From an uncultured Spirochaetota bacterium (lineage in GTDB: Bacteria > Spirochaetota > Brevinematia > Brevinematales > JAOACQ01), in the NCBI GenBank assembly GCA_963835575.1, contig CAWIGG010000004.1, forward strand, positions 608,001 to 672,000: DNA of 64,000 bases. The letters are read 5' to 3'. Positions 19,485 through 29,305 of this stretch are shown here, one piece after another. Position 1 is the stretch's first letter, and the number at the start of each line of letters is the position of its first letter. Position numbers and translations under genes: made by a program. The notes under the pieces were generated by a model. That model saw nothing but the letters and a program-made list of their open reading frames with translations. It was not told where the DNA came from and did not search any database.

Positions 19485-20174
19485 CTATTTTACAGCGTAA
19501 AAACCGGCCTGCATAACGGAATACCAGAATAGCTCAACCGTCCTGAAACCCGTATCATTGAGTAAATCCAGATGCTCTCTTACCGTAATGGGAAAATATT
19601 CCCTGTCAAACCGGACCATATGCGCTTCAACAGCGGAAACCGGCCTGCCTTTTTCAAGCTGGAAATTTTTCCACCGCTTCATTCCCAGATCAATCGAAGG
19701 GGATGATGAAGGCCGGATATTCTCAAAAGTGATAAATAATCCTTTTTCCTTTAACATAGAATAGCAGTTTTTCACCGCTCTTTTTCTTCCTTCCCGGTCA
19801 AAATAATGATGAGCCTGTACGGCCGTTATCACATCCGGCTTCTCTTTTTCCTTCCATTCAAGACTCTCCGAACCTGAAAGGGGCAGAAAATGAATCCTCT
19901 TATATCTCCTTTTGTCAATTTTCTCTTTCGCTTTTTCCAGCATGGCCGCCGAAGGGTCTGAAAGATAAAATTCGGTGCTGTGAAATTGGCCATAAGCCTG
20001 CATTATTAATGTGCCGGTGCCGCAGCCAGTATCCAGCCAAATTTCAGGTGATGGACAATATGCCTTGACTAATTCAATAGTTTCAGTATGAATTGCGTCA
20101 TAATACGGGATTGTTTTTCTGATCTGTTCATCATATTCGGATGATACATGCGCCGTCGAATTATCCTTATCCAT
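19485..20174 (-). CDS. Class I SAM-dependent methyltransferase
   Basis: IPYYD, WLDTGCGTG, DPSAAML. Confidence 0.9.
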   Translation of the reverse strand: MDKDNSTAHVSSEYDEQIRKTIPYYDAIHTETIELVKAYCPSPEIWLDTGCGTGTLIMQAYGQFHSTEFYLSDPSAAMLEKAKEKIDKRRYKRIHFLPLSGSESLEWKEKEKPDVITAVQAHHYFDREGRKRAVKNCYSMLKEKGLFITFENIRPSSSPSIDLGMKRWKNFQLEKGRPVSAVEAHMVRFDREYFPITVREHLDLLNDTGFRTVELFWYSVMQAGFYAVK

Positions 20175-20177
20175 ACC

Positions 20178-20987
20178 TTACTCCTTAACCGCGGTCAGAT
20201 AAATCCTGTTGAAAATCAATTCCACATATCCGTCCGGTCCCGCCTGCTTTTGAAACTCTTCCCGGACAATATTTTTAAAATTCTCTTTATATTCCGGTGT
20301 TAAAGCGCAGGTATAATATTCCTGGTTTAAATAGCCCGCTATCGCTCCCGATGCAAATATGGTATAAACATCGCCGGGAGTACGATACGATATATCTTCA
20401 TGGATTCTGGAATATTTTACTTTAAATCCGGCTTCCCTGAAGAGCCTGGAATAATCTTCCGCATCCTGCCGCATAAAGAAAGGGTTTGTCCAGCAGTAAA
20501 AGATTTCCTTTGTCTGAGGATCCGTTTTTATACGTTCAATCGCGTTCAAAAAATTCATGCAGTATTTTTTTCCGCCGGGTGCCTGAATTCCAGCTATCCC
20601 GTTTTTCCTGAGGGCCTGATAAAAATTCCGGACGCTTTTTAAAGGGTCCTTAAACCATTGAAAAGTGGAATTGCAGAAAATCACATCGAATTCATTCTTG
20701 AAATTAATGTCATCCGCTTCCATCCGGTAAAATTCAATCTCAGTATTATCATACTTTTTCTTCGCTTCACTGATCATTCCCTCCGACGGATCGATCCCGG
20801 CAACCCTGCCTTCAGTTAATTCCGATATCTTCTTTGTCAGATTCCCGGGCCCGCAGCCGGCATCCAGGACGTCATGATGCTTTTGAATGTTTAATAAAGA
20901 AAACAATGTGTCAGCCGCTCCTTTCTGGACAATGGATGTGTTTTCATATTTTGGCGAAATTGTTGTAAAATTGATATTTTCAGACAT
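20178..20987 (-). CDS. Class I SAM-dependent methyltransferase (Tam/BioC-like)
   Basis: VLDAGCGPG, GIDPSEGMI, FDVIFCNSTFQW. Confidence 0.9.
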   Translation of the reverse strand: MSENINFTTISPKYENTSIVQKGAADTLFSLLNIQKHHDVLDAGCGPGNLTKKISELTEGRVAGIDPSEGMISEAKKKYDNTEIEFYRMEADDINFKNEFDVIFCNSTFQWFKDPLKSVRNFYQALRKNGIAGIQAPGGKKYCMNFLNAIERIKTDPQTKEIFYCWTNPFFMRQDAEDYSRLFREAGFKVKYSRIHEDISYRTPGDVYTIFASGAIAGYLNQEYYTCALTPEYKENFKNIVREEFQKQAGPDGYVELIFNRIYLTAVKE

Positions 20988-21037
20988 AATGAACCTCGTT
21001 TATAAAAAATCGGTTTGGGCGGTCTAAAAAAACTAAA

Positions 21038-21126
21038 TTCTCACGCTAAGCCGCAAAGCACGCAAAGTATATAATAATATATTCCAAACAATTTACCTTT
21101 GCGGTCTTTGCGTCTCTGCGTGAGAA
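21038..21126. repeat. REP-like palindrome (CGCAAAG...CTTTGCG type)
   Basis: TTCTCACGC..CGCAAAGCACGCAAAG ... CTTTGCGGTCTTTGCG..GCGTGAGAA, imperfect IR with AT-rich loop. Confidence 0.7.
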
Positions 21127-21142
21127 AAACCCCCAAAGGAAT

Positions 21143-21712
21143 TTACTTACCGAAAATCATTTTCGGCGGCGTCATCACCCAGAAGGCCTTAATCGGTTTA
21201 TTCCCCGTATTTTTTAAAACATGCGGCGAATCGGATGAAAAAGAAATGCTGTCGCCGGCTTTCAATTCGTACGATTTCGTGCCGATCTCGAACGCACCCT
21301 CGCCTTCGATGATCACGCCCAGCTCTTTGCCGATGTGGCCGTACTCATGGCTTCCCTTTTCACCGCCAGGCTTTATCTCCAGAAAATACGCCTCTATGCC
21401 ATGCACTTCATCGGGCCCTGTCGTGCGGGACAACTGCTCGTATGTCATACCCTGCTGGACCGTTTTCTGCCTTTCGCCGGCGCGGACGATATTGACGATC
21501 CTGTCTTTCTTAAAATCGCTGAACAGGTACTCCAGGTCGATGTCCAGGATCTCTATTATGGAAAGGAGCGTGTCCATGGCAGGCGAAACGCGGTTGCGCT
21601 CGATCTGTGAGATCAGGCTTTCGCTCAGACCAGCTTTCAGGGCCACTTCCTTCATCGTGAGGTTTTTTCTTTCCCGTACCTCGCGGATCTTGTCGCCGAA
21701 GGGATATTTCAT
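21143..21712 (-). CDS. XRE-family HTH-cupin transcriptional regulator
   Basis: N-terminal HTH_3 (LTMKEVA..GLSESLISQIERN), C-terminal cupin (HIGKE, GDSISF..PH). Confidence 0.93.
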   Translation of the reverse strand: MKYPFGDKIREVRERKNLTMKEVALKAGLSESLISQIERNRVSPAMDTLLSIIEILDIDLEYLFSDFKKDRIVNIVRAGERQKTVQQGMTYEQLSRTTGPDEVHGIEAYFLEIKPGGEKGSHEYGHIGKELGVIIEGEGAFEIGTKSYELKAGDSISFSSDSPHVLKNTGNKPIKAFWVMTPPKMIFGK

Positions 21713-21745
21713 AATAACACTTCCTTTTTTTGTTGATTCATAATT

Positions 21746-21797
21746 TTAACATATAGTTAAGTATATACAGTATAATTTAAGTCGGAAACTTTGTCAA
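21746..21797 (-). promoter_or_regulatory. Promoter of XRE-cupin gene with palindromic operator
   Basis: TTGACA (21797-21792), 17-bp spacer, TATACT; TTAACATATAGTTAA at 21746-21760. Confidence 0.65.
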
Positions 21798-22077
21798 GAG
21801 GGCCCAACTCCATATAAACACATTTCGTTTTAATAAAATATATGAAATTATTTTTATTCAACTTAATAAAGCAATACTTTACTGCCAAGGCTGTTTTTTT
21901 AAAGAATATTTAATAATAAATGATAAGTATAATAACTAAAAAGTTGCCCAACAAATCGTCCGTTCCCGAGGCCATTTTCCTCTTGGCTATAATCTGTACA
22001 TAAAATAACTCAATATCAAGTTGTGTTATCCGCTAACATAATAATAGAAGAGAGGCAAAACCGGCGCATAAAGCCAC

Positions 22078-22121
22078 GCCCAGCACCACTTTGATTGCCC
22101 GTCCTCAAAGTGGTGCTGGGC
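22078..22121. other. Perfect 17-bp GC-rich hairpin in non-coding region
   Basis: GCCCAGCACCACTTTGA-TTGCCCGTCC-TCAAAGTGGTGCTGGGC. Confidence 0.8.
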
Positions 22122-22225
22122 AAGGACGGCGACATAAGAAGGCTATTTTAATAAGGGATCATTTTTTAAAAACCAGATGACACACATCTATACGATTCGA
22201 CTGCTTAGTATGAAAATGGCCAAAA

Positions 22226-23002
22226 TTATAAAATATCCAGTATTTCCAATAAACTGCTTATCGTTCTGTCCGGTCGTATTGTCTCATCCTCCGCCTTATT
22301 ATCCCTGTTAATCCATACGGATGCGATGCCGGCGTTTTTAGCTCCGGCTATGTCTGTTTTGAGAGAGTCGCCGGTCATTATGCATTCTTCTTTATTAACA
22401 TTAAATCGTTTCATTGCTTCTATAAAAATAGCGCCTTCCGGTTTGCCGACACCCAGTTCCCCTGAAATGATGATGTGCTTGAAAAAAGGGCCGATTCCGC
22501 TCCCCCGGATTTTTTCATACTGAAGGTCAGGGACCCCGTTCGATATGATGCCCAAGGGATATTTTTTTGATAAGGCTTCCATGACCTGTATTGTTTCGGG
22601 AAATGTTTTGTGCAGTTTTCTCCTTTCAGCCGGGAAAGTCTCGGCCAGAAGTTCTGCCAGTTCACCGTCCTGTATATTAAATTCCTGAAGCGCGTTCTTC
22701 CATGAATGAAATCGGTAAAGCGGGGAGAGAAGACCTAATTTTTTTATATTCTCATCTTCGTCCGCAAAATTTGCCCAGAGCGCTTCCCATGAACTGATGC
22801 CGATTTTCATGGCATAAGGGTAGGTTTCCATCTGGTACCATATTTCGCGGGCTTTTTTCCTGACGGCCTGATGCAGGTCTCCGGATTTGATGCCGTACTT
22901 TTCCTGCGCGATAAGGCCGGTTTTGATAAAAGCCTCTTCGGCCGCGGCGAGTTCGACGATCAGCGTATCGTCGAGATCAAAAAAGACGGCTTTGTACTGC
23001 AT
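22226..23002 (-). CDS. HAD-superfamily hydrolase
   Basis: FFDLDDTL, SNG, KPEG, GDSLKTDIAGA. Confidence 0.93.
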   Translation of the reverse strand: MQYKAVFFDLDDTLIVELAAAEEAFIKTGLIAQEKYGIKSGDLHQAVRKKAREIWYQMETYPYAMKIGISSWEALWANFADEDENIKKLGLLSPLYRFHSWKNALQEFNIQDGELAELLAETFPAERRKLHKTFPETIQVMEALSKKYPLGIISNGVPDLQYEKIRGSGIGPFFKHIIISGELGVGKPEGAIFIEAMKRFNVNKEECIMTGDSLKTDIAGAKNAGIASVWINRDNKAEDETIRPDRTISSLLEILDIL

Positions 23003-23015
23003 TATCAGGTCTCTT

Positions 23016-25487
23016 TTATTTGTTTGAAATGTTTCTATTTGTCATGCTTTGTATCAATTCGCTGTAATTATTCCCGATATACACGGCGCCGTTATAAATG
23101 GCGACGATCTTGACCAACTGGGGCATGCTCATCTGTTCCGACTCCAGAAAAATCGGTTTGATGTAAAAAATATCCCTGCCTATCGGAATAAATTTAACAT
23201 ATCCTTTGAATATTTTTGAGCCCTTCTGGCTCCAGAGCGTAAAGAAGCTGGACATCCGGTCGTCCTGATTGATTTTTGATTCGATCTGCATCGGACCGAA
23301 GGAAGCAAAGGAAATATCAGGATAATAGAGGGAGATTTTCAGGCCCTGTGAATAATACCCCACTATCCAGCCCGATAAATTTTCCCTGCCCCGCGGTGTG
23401 AAAGGCTCCACGACTGAAAAATGCGTTGATATATTCGAAAGTATGCCGGTTTTGTTTGTTTCAAATGACGAAAGCATATAGAAAGGCTCAAAATTGGTTA
23501 CTTTATCGCCGTAAATCTGCCTTGGGATTTCCCAGACATTATCGCCGTTATAAAAGCTGTCTTCATTGTCCGTATGGTAGCGGCAGAGCACGGCCGACTG
23601 GATTTTCATGAGGTTGTAAGGATAGCGGAAATGGGCTTCAATACCGGCGGGGAAATCAGTTTGAAATACTCCCGGGAACAGAGTGCGGTAAGTTTCCGCG
23701 ATGGGATCAGATTTATCGATAATATAATAGGCGGCATCGCCGGTATAAGCGTCGACGGTTACCTTGACAGAATTCCTGATATAGTTGATCCTGCCGAAAG
23801 AAGTGTCAAATCTCTCAGCCAGCGGGAAACGGCGGGAGGTGGTGTACGCGTCAATGATCCAGATGAGCTTTCCGTTTAAAATGACGGGATAGGGATCGGG
23901 GTCGTATTCAAGATAGGGGAAGATCATTTTGACCCGCTCAAGAATATTCCTGTAATATATGATCCTGGAGTCTTTTGTCAGGTACTGGCTGAGGAGGATG
24001 TTTTTTTCCTTGAAAGACATGCTGTACAATAGTTTGTTAAGTAAATTTCCGACCGGGACGCCGCGCTCCAGAAGATAGCGGTTCGTTATCCTGTTTGTTT
24101 CCGTCGTGTATTCAAATTCATCCGCTTTTGTATGAATAATGATATAATGGCCTGTCATCTCGCCGAAATAGATCTGAGGAAAGTCCAGGGCCAGGTTTGA
24201 AAAAACAGGGCTCTGGTCGAGGCCGCCGAGCCAGTAAACCGGACTTCCTTCCTTATCGACCAGATGGGAGGGTGAAAGAACAGCCCCATGCCCATGCGTG
24301 TACCGCAGGTGAATATTGTCCCAATTCATAGCTTCAGGAGAGAGATTGGAAATATTGAGCTCCCTGGCGGACAGGACAACCTGCGTCAGATTTGTCCGCG
24401 AGGGGGAAGTTTCAAAAGGATAGGCGTCGACATCGACATCCGCGAAATCGAAATAGGTTTTGAGCGTCTGCATCTGGTCGATGACTTTTTTATACGGGTC
24501 TGTATCCCAGATACGGAGTGAATTGACAACGGTTTCAAAGCCCTTTGCCGGGTTTTCGTAATCAGGATAATAAAGGGGCGTAAAATTGAGGGCAAAAGCG
24601 TTCCGGGTCGCTTCGATCCTGTTTTTAATGAAAGGCTTCTGCAGCATGAGTTCATTGGGCTTTACGAAAAAATTCTCCATGATGATGGGATAGAGCCCGG
24701 TCAGTCCGAAATATAGAGTAACAATTATCCCGGCGGAAAAGAGCAGAACTCTGAAACGGATGCCTTTGAAGGATTTTATTATGAGAAAGAAGATGGCGGC
24801 AATACAAATTCCTATCCAGATGATAGCGCCCAGCAGAAGTCCGTAAAAAGAGGAATAACTTATCCCCAGTTTCGGGCTGGGCTGGCTGACCAGATTTTCC
24901 AGAAGGGAAAGAAAAAAATAGAAAAGCCAGACGAACGCTGTTATGAGGAATAATAACATGGTTGAAAAATGAAAATGGATTTTACCGTCTTTTACTAATG
25001 TCTTTTTCTTTCTATGATAATAAATAATATCAAAAAACATGATAAAAGAGACTAATAAAGAGGCCATTAAAACAATTACTTTGACAAGGGGAAGCAGGCT
25101 CATATAAAAGTAGGCGCTGAGGCGGAAAAACGGGTCGGAATAGGAAGCGGTTTGAATAAAAGGATTAACCATCAGGAGATCACGGTTCAAAAGGCCGTAA
25201 ACGCCGTTCAGTATGGATAAAGCACAGATAAGGATATTTAAGATCAGACTTTTTTTGATCTGCCGGAAGATGTAAAACCAGCAGAATAGAATTATAAAAG
25301 ACAGAATGACCGGTATTACAAAAGATAAAGCCTGGAGCATGAAAACTTTTGCAATGACGGCGGAAAAACCGGCGTTTTTAAGCCATATCCAGTCCGTAAT
25401 CCACCGGCAAAAAAAGAAATACACGGCGGCAAAAATAAGTATAATAATGATCAGGATTAATATAATATATTTTAAAACCTTTTTCAT
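23016..25487 (-). CDS. UPF0182-family membrane protein
   Basis: VKPNEL, RIWD, YTHGHG, PQIYFGE, DPDPYPV, NYIRNSVK..VDAYTG. Confidence 0.92.
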   Translation of the reverse strand: MKKVLKYIILILIIIILIFAAVYFFFCRWITDWIWLKNAGFSAVIAKVFMLQALSFVIPVILSFIILFCWFYIFRQIKKSLILNILICALSILNGVYGLLNRDLLMVNPFIQTASYSDPFFRLSAYFYMSLLPLVKVIVLMASLLVSFIMFFDIIYYHRKKKTLVKDGKIHFHFSTMLLFLITAFVWLFYFFLSLLENLVSQPSPKLGISYSSFYGLLLGAIIWIGICIAAIFFLIIKSFKGIRFRVLLFSAGIIVTLYFGLTGLYPIIMENFFVKPNELMLQKPFIKNRIEATRNAFALNFTPLYYPDYENPAKGFETVVNSLRIWDTDPYKKVIDQMQTLKTYFDFADVDVDAYPFETSPSRTNLTQVVLSARELNISNLSPEAMNWDNIHLRYTHGHGAVLSPSHLVDKEGSPVYWLGGLDQSPVFSNLALDFPQIYFGEMTGHYIIIHTKADEFEYTTETNRITNRYLLERGVPVGNLLNKLLYSMSFKEKNILLSQYLTKDSRIIYYRNILERVKMIFPYLEYDPDPYPVILNGKLIWIIDAYTTSRRFPLAERFDTSFGRINYIRNSVKVTVDAYTGDAAYYIIDKSDPIAETYRTLFPGVFQTDFPAGIEAHFRYPYNLMKIQSAVLCRYHTDNEDSFYNGDNVWEIPRQIYGDKVTNFEPFYMLSSFETNKTGILSNISTHFSVVEPFTPRGRENLSGWIVGYYSQGLKISLYYPDISFASFGPMQIESKINQDDRMSSFFTLWSQKGSKIFKGYVKFIPIGRDIFYIKPIFLESEQMSMPQLVKIVAIYNGAVYIGNNYSELIQSMTNRNISNK

Positions 25488-25528
25488 TCACAGCTCTTTT
25501 TTTAGATTAATAATAGAAATAAACTCTT

Positions 25529-26122
25529 TTATTTTTCCCGGTATTTTTCCGGGATAATGATGGATTTTTCAGTAACGATCATATCAACAGGGTAGTCGTT
25601 TTCAGTATGGGGAATGTCTTCGGCGATCTGAAAGTCAAAGCAGATGCCGATAATTTTATTTATCCGGGTTTTCTTTAAAAAACGGTCAAAATAGCCTTTC
25701 CCGTAACCGATACGGTTTCCATCCCTGCCGAAAACGACGCCGGGGATCAAAGCCAGTTCAATCGATTTAAAATAAGGCTTTGTGGCCGGTTCGGGAATAT
25801 TATAGGCGCCGGGCTTAAAGTCAAAATAGAGGTCTTCGACAATACGGGGCACGACATCCTTTTTTTCGACTAAAGAAGGGAATAAAATCATCTTTTTTTG
25901 AAGAAAGAGATCTTTTGCCAGCGGCAGGAGGTCCACTTCATTCATGATCGGAATATAAAAAAGAATGGATTTTACTTCCGGTCCTATTAATTTTCCGAGA
26001 TTACCGATTAATTTTTCGGATCTATTCTCAACACTGTCTTTTGACAGCGCTTTTCTCAAGTCAAGGTATCTCTTGCGGAGCCCTTTCTTTTTTTTAAAAA
26101 TCTCTTCGGAATTTATCTGCAT
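25529..26122 (-). CDS. 5-formyltetrahydrofolate cyclo-ligase
   Basis: PGVVF..DGNRIGYGKGYFDRFL; probable start 26122. Confidence 0.92.
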   Translation of the reverse strand: MQINSEEIFKKKKGLRKRYLDLRKALSKDSVENRSEKLIGNLGKLIGPEVKSILFYIPIMNEVDLLPLAKDLFLQKKMILFPSLVEKKDVVPRIVEDLYFDFKPGAYNIPEPATKPYFKSIELALIPGVVFGRDGNRIGYGKGYFDRFLKKTRINKIIGICFDFQIAEDIPHTENDYPVDMIVTEKSIIIPEKYREK

Positions 26123-26129
26123 TTTTTCC

Positions 26130-26768
26130 TCACTCGGACTCAGATATTTTTTTGTATTCCATGATTTTATCCCGGATGAGGGCGGCTTTCTCATAATTTT
26201 CTTCATTGATCGCGGATTCAAGCTCTTCTTTTAATTCCAGCAGGGAATGGTTCTGTCCTATAAATAAACGGGGGTTTTTACGGGTTTCCAGGGGCAGTTC
26301 TTCCCATTTTTGACCCTCGGGGCCGGAATCTGAATGAGAATTAATTATCTGCAGTATTTCCCTGACAGCCGGATCTTCTTCAATTTTTTTAAGAATTTCC
26401 TCGGAAACATAAATCGGGGCATTGGCGCGCAGCGTGAGGGCAAGGCCGTCCGAAGGCCTGATCGGGTATACGCTTGTCCCGGCGCTGTTTTTAATACTGA
26501 GCTCTGAAAAGAAGATGCCGTCGTTCAGTTTGTTTATGACCATTTTTTCCAGAATAAAGGAATTATCCTCTATGAATTGAAATAACAGATCGCTTAAAAA
26601 CGGCCTGTCAGGGATTATTTTTTCAAGAGCCATCAGGATGTTGCTGGCTTCAAATGAACCGATCAGCATCGGAAGAAAACGGCTTTTATAGCCGTTTTCT
26701 TTGAGTAAAATAAGAAAGTCGCTGCCGTTCATATAAATATTGTAAAAAGATAGATCAGAAAAATTCAT
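26130..26768 (-). CDS. Bifunctional nuclease (DUF151) with C-terminal UVR domain
   Basis: LPMLIGSFEA, RPSDGLAL, ENYEKAALIRD; probable start 26768. Confidence 0.88.
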   Translation of the reverse strand: MNFSDLSFYNIYMNGSDFLILLKENGYKSRFLPMLIGSFEASNILMALEKIIPDRPFLSDLLFQFIEDNSFILEKMVINKLNDGIFFSELSIKNSAGTSVYPIRPSDGLALTLRANAPIYVSEEILKKIEEDPAVREILQIINSHSDSGPEGQKWEELPLETRKNPRLFIGQNHSLLELKEELESAINEENYEKAALIRDKIMEYKKISESE

Positions 26769-26778
26769 ATGAAAATCC

Positions 26779-27507
26779 CTATTTATTTGTTTTACCCTTA
26801 TTATCCTTAATTTCATTAGTGCTGTTTTCATCTTCAGTACTCTGTCCCGTGGCGTTGAGTTTTTTTACAATTTCATTGATATAGGACCTGAGATTCTGCG
26901 GGGCCCTTTCTTTTAAAGAATAGAGGACATTGATCGAATCCTTTGAATTATGGGCCGCGATGGAGTCGACCAGGGTTTTAACCACCCTGTAGTCGGATCT
27001 GTTGTCTATTAATTCCGAATATTGGTGTAGATATTCCAGTGCGACTTTTGACATCGAAAGGTCGCCCAGGGCCTGTAAAATACATATCTCGCTGATTTTA
27101 TCCGGAGTTTCTCTTAATAATTTTGACAGCATAATGGCGTCTGTCGCGTCGCCGATCTTGCCCAGTACCATGACCCCCATATTAAAGAGATGGGTGTATT
27201 CCGATCTCTGTTCGGGCTTTCCCTGGTTTGCGATTGGATTGGATTCGCCGACTATTTCCTCAACCTTTTTTCTGGCCGCCACTATTTTAAGCTGACCAAC
27301 CCTTTTCAGCGCGGAGAAAACAACATCTGTTTCCTTGTCGTTTAATGAAGCTGTGATAGTATTGACATCGGTCATTTCCTTGAACATGGCGTCATATTTA
27401 CTCTTATAAGGGTATTCGGAAATATCATAAGAATAACCCTTCAATGCTAAAACAAAAAGCGTCAGCAATATGAACTGGAAGAATCTCACCATACTAAACC
27501 TCCTCAA
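26779..27507 (-). CDS. Exported HEAT-repeat-like protein
   Basis: Signal peptide; helical LGKIG/ALGDL repeats. Confidence 0.6.
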   Translation of the reverse strand: MRRFSMVRFFQFILLTLFVLALKGYSYDISEYPYKSKYDAMFKEMTDVNTITASLNDKETDVVFSALKRVGQLKIVAARKKVEEIVGESNPIANQGKPEQRSEYTHLFNMGVMVLGKIGDATDAIMLSKLLRETPDKISEICILQALGDLSMSKVALEYLHQYSELIDNRSDYRVVKTLVDSIAAHNSKDSINVLYSLKERAPQNLRSYINEIVKKLNATGQSTEDENSTNEIKDNKGKTNK

Positions 27508-27547
27508 AGTGTTTTTGGCAAGTATTTTATAGATAGCGGTAATAAAC

Positions 27548-29305
27548 TCATTGTGTTATTGTATCGTTATTCTGCTCAAAATCAAGATGTATATATATCG
27601 GTTTTTCTATTATTAATCCAAAGCTGCTTAAATCCCCGTCTGTCAGAAGGAAATATGCCGCGCTGCTGAAACAATAAGCTTCTTCAACGGATTCGATGAC
27701 TTTTTTCCCGTTTGTCAGCCGTTCCCCGTCTATTTTCTTGTCAAACACAATGACTGCGTCGGGATTTTCTATTATTTTACGGTGAGTCTGATAATCGGAA
27801 AGCAGGAACAGGAGTTTTTGAGAAAATTCCTCAAAAAATTCCTTCGCGTCTTTGCGCATGGTGCGTGAAACCTGGCTTCTCTGGAGAGAGTACTGGTTAG
27901 AACGGGAGCTTCTTTCCTGTAAAGATACGAAAGAATCGTTTTCCAGTTTTTTTATTTCCTTGATGATTTTAAGATATTCATTTACCCTTTCCAGCATGTT
28001 ATTGAGCTTATAGTATGTATCGGAAAGCTCCCTCTTCATGTCGCTCCTTTTCCCTTCAAGAAAACCGATGTTGAGCTCAACCTTATTGGATGTAAAGATG
28101 TATGAGAACTCCTTGTCGAAAAAATCAATCAGACAATAGGTGACAAAAACCCTGTCCTTAATGGAAAACAGGGAACGGATGTCTTTCTGTTCCGTATAGC
28201 CGTTTAATATATCATTTAATTTAAGGTTTTTTTCTATAATTCTGAGGCCTTTTTTGATCGGATCGTTATCATCCATTTGAATAAAACCCGGAGGCTGGGA
28301 TTCGCCGCTTGCGGATAGAAGCGACCGCTCGGCGTCTTTCGATTTATCACCATCTTTTTTAGCGGCGGCCGCCAGTTCCTCTTTCCATTTATTGGTATAA
28401 TACCCGATCACATCCTCATCATAAAACTTAAGAAAATCCTTGAAGCTTTCTTCTTTTACCAAAGCGTCGGTTTTATAATACCAGTCGATAACGGTAAATA
28501 ATCTCGGATATAATTTTAAAAAAACAAAATCGATAAAAGAATAGATTTTTTTTAAATTGTCATAGGTAATGGAAGGGTCGAACCTCCGTATGTTTTTTTC
28601 GGCAATGAGGGCCTTTTCGACAGCCGTTTTAAGATAAACATAATACGGCTGGATGACCAGTATGGATTTGAAGATCTGTATCAGGAGGGGCTTTATTTCC
28701 TTGACCAGCTGGAGGGAATGCCTGAGAATGCTGAGTTTGTCAAAGAGCTCATTTGTGTAAAGATTATCAAAACGGTATATGAGCTCGTAATTATAGGGAA
28801 AAATGGTATCCATAAAAAAAGATTTCTTAATTTCATTGGCGACTAATTTATCCTGATAAAGTATGGACGCCAGAATCATACGCGAATTCAAGAGGACATT
28901 CTGGTATTGATTGAGGACAAGATCGCGGAAAGAGTTTTTAAAGCTGTCGCCGTTAAAAGAAAGTATCCCGCTGAAAACACAGCCGAGCCTGGCTGAAAAT
29001 CTTTCTATCCATTTATTGATCGGATTGTCTTTCGGGTCTATGATATTGAAAGTTTCCCTTCTTTTCCTTTTCCATTCGGGCGGCGGGATATCTTTATGAT
29101 GTCTTCTGGCTTTAAGAACCTGGTTTTTCTCCGGGTGCTCTCTGGAGAAATCGCTTTTAGAATGGGATTTTTTACTCTTTTTATTGATATCGACAACCTG
29201 GCCGCCCGCCTGTACGAATTTATTGAACATATCCTTTTTTATATTATCTTCCAGTGAATCCAAACGGAGCTTTTCCCTTATTTCGTCAAGCTTATCTTTC
29301 TGCAT
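27548..29305 (-). CDS. Hypothetical helical protein (DUF5312-like, spirochaete)
   Basis: 585-aa ORF in operon; family call from recollection only. Confidence 0.5.
   Translation of the reverse strand: MQKDKLDEIREKLRLDSLEDNIKKDMFNKFVQAGGQVVDINKKSKKSHSKSDFSREHPEKNQVLKARRHHKDIPPPEWKRKRRETFNIIDPKDNPINKWIERFSARLGCVFSGILSFNGDSFKNSFRDLVLNQYQNVLLNSRMILASILYQDKLVANEIKKSFFMDTIFPYNYELIYRFDNLYTNELFDKLSILRHSLQLVKEIKPLLIQIFKSILVIQPYYVYLKTAVEKALIAEKNIRRFDPSITYDNLKKIYSFIDFVFLKLYPRLFTVIDWYYKTDALVKEESFKDFLKFYDEDVIGYYTNKWKEELAAAAKKDGDKSKDAERSLLSASGESQPPGFIQMDDNDPIKKGLRIIEKNLKLNDILNGYTEQKDIRSLFSIKDRVFVTYCLIDFFDKEFSYIFTSNKVELNIGFLEGKRSDMKRELSDTYYKLNNMLERVNEYLKIIKEIKKLENDSFVSLQERSSRSNQYSLQRSQVSRTMRKDAKEFFEEFSQKLLFLLSDYQTHRKIIENPDAVIVFDKKIDGERLTNGKKVIESVEEAYCFSSAAYFLLTDGDLSSFGLIIEKPIYIHLDFEQNNDTITQ

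Noticed and set aside
21099..21743. 214-aa + strand ORF
   Set aside because: Antisense to the XRE-cupin regulator; begins in a REP-like repeat
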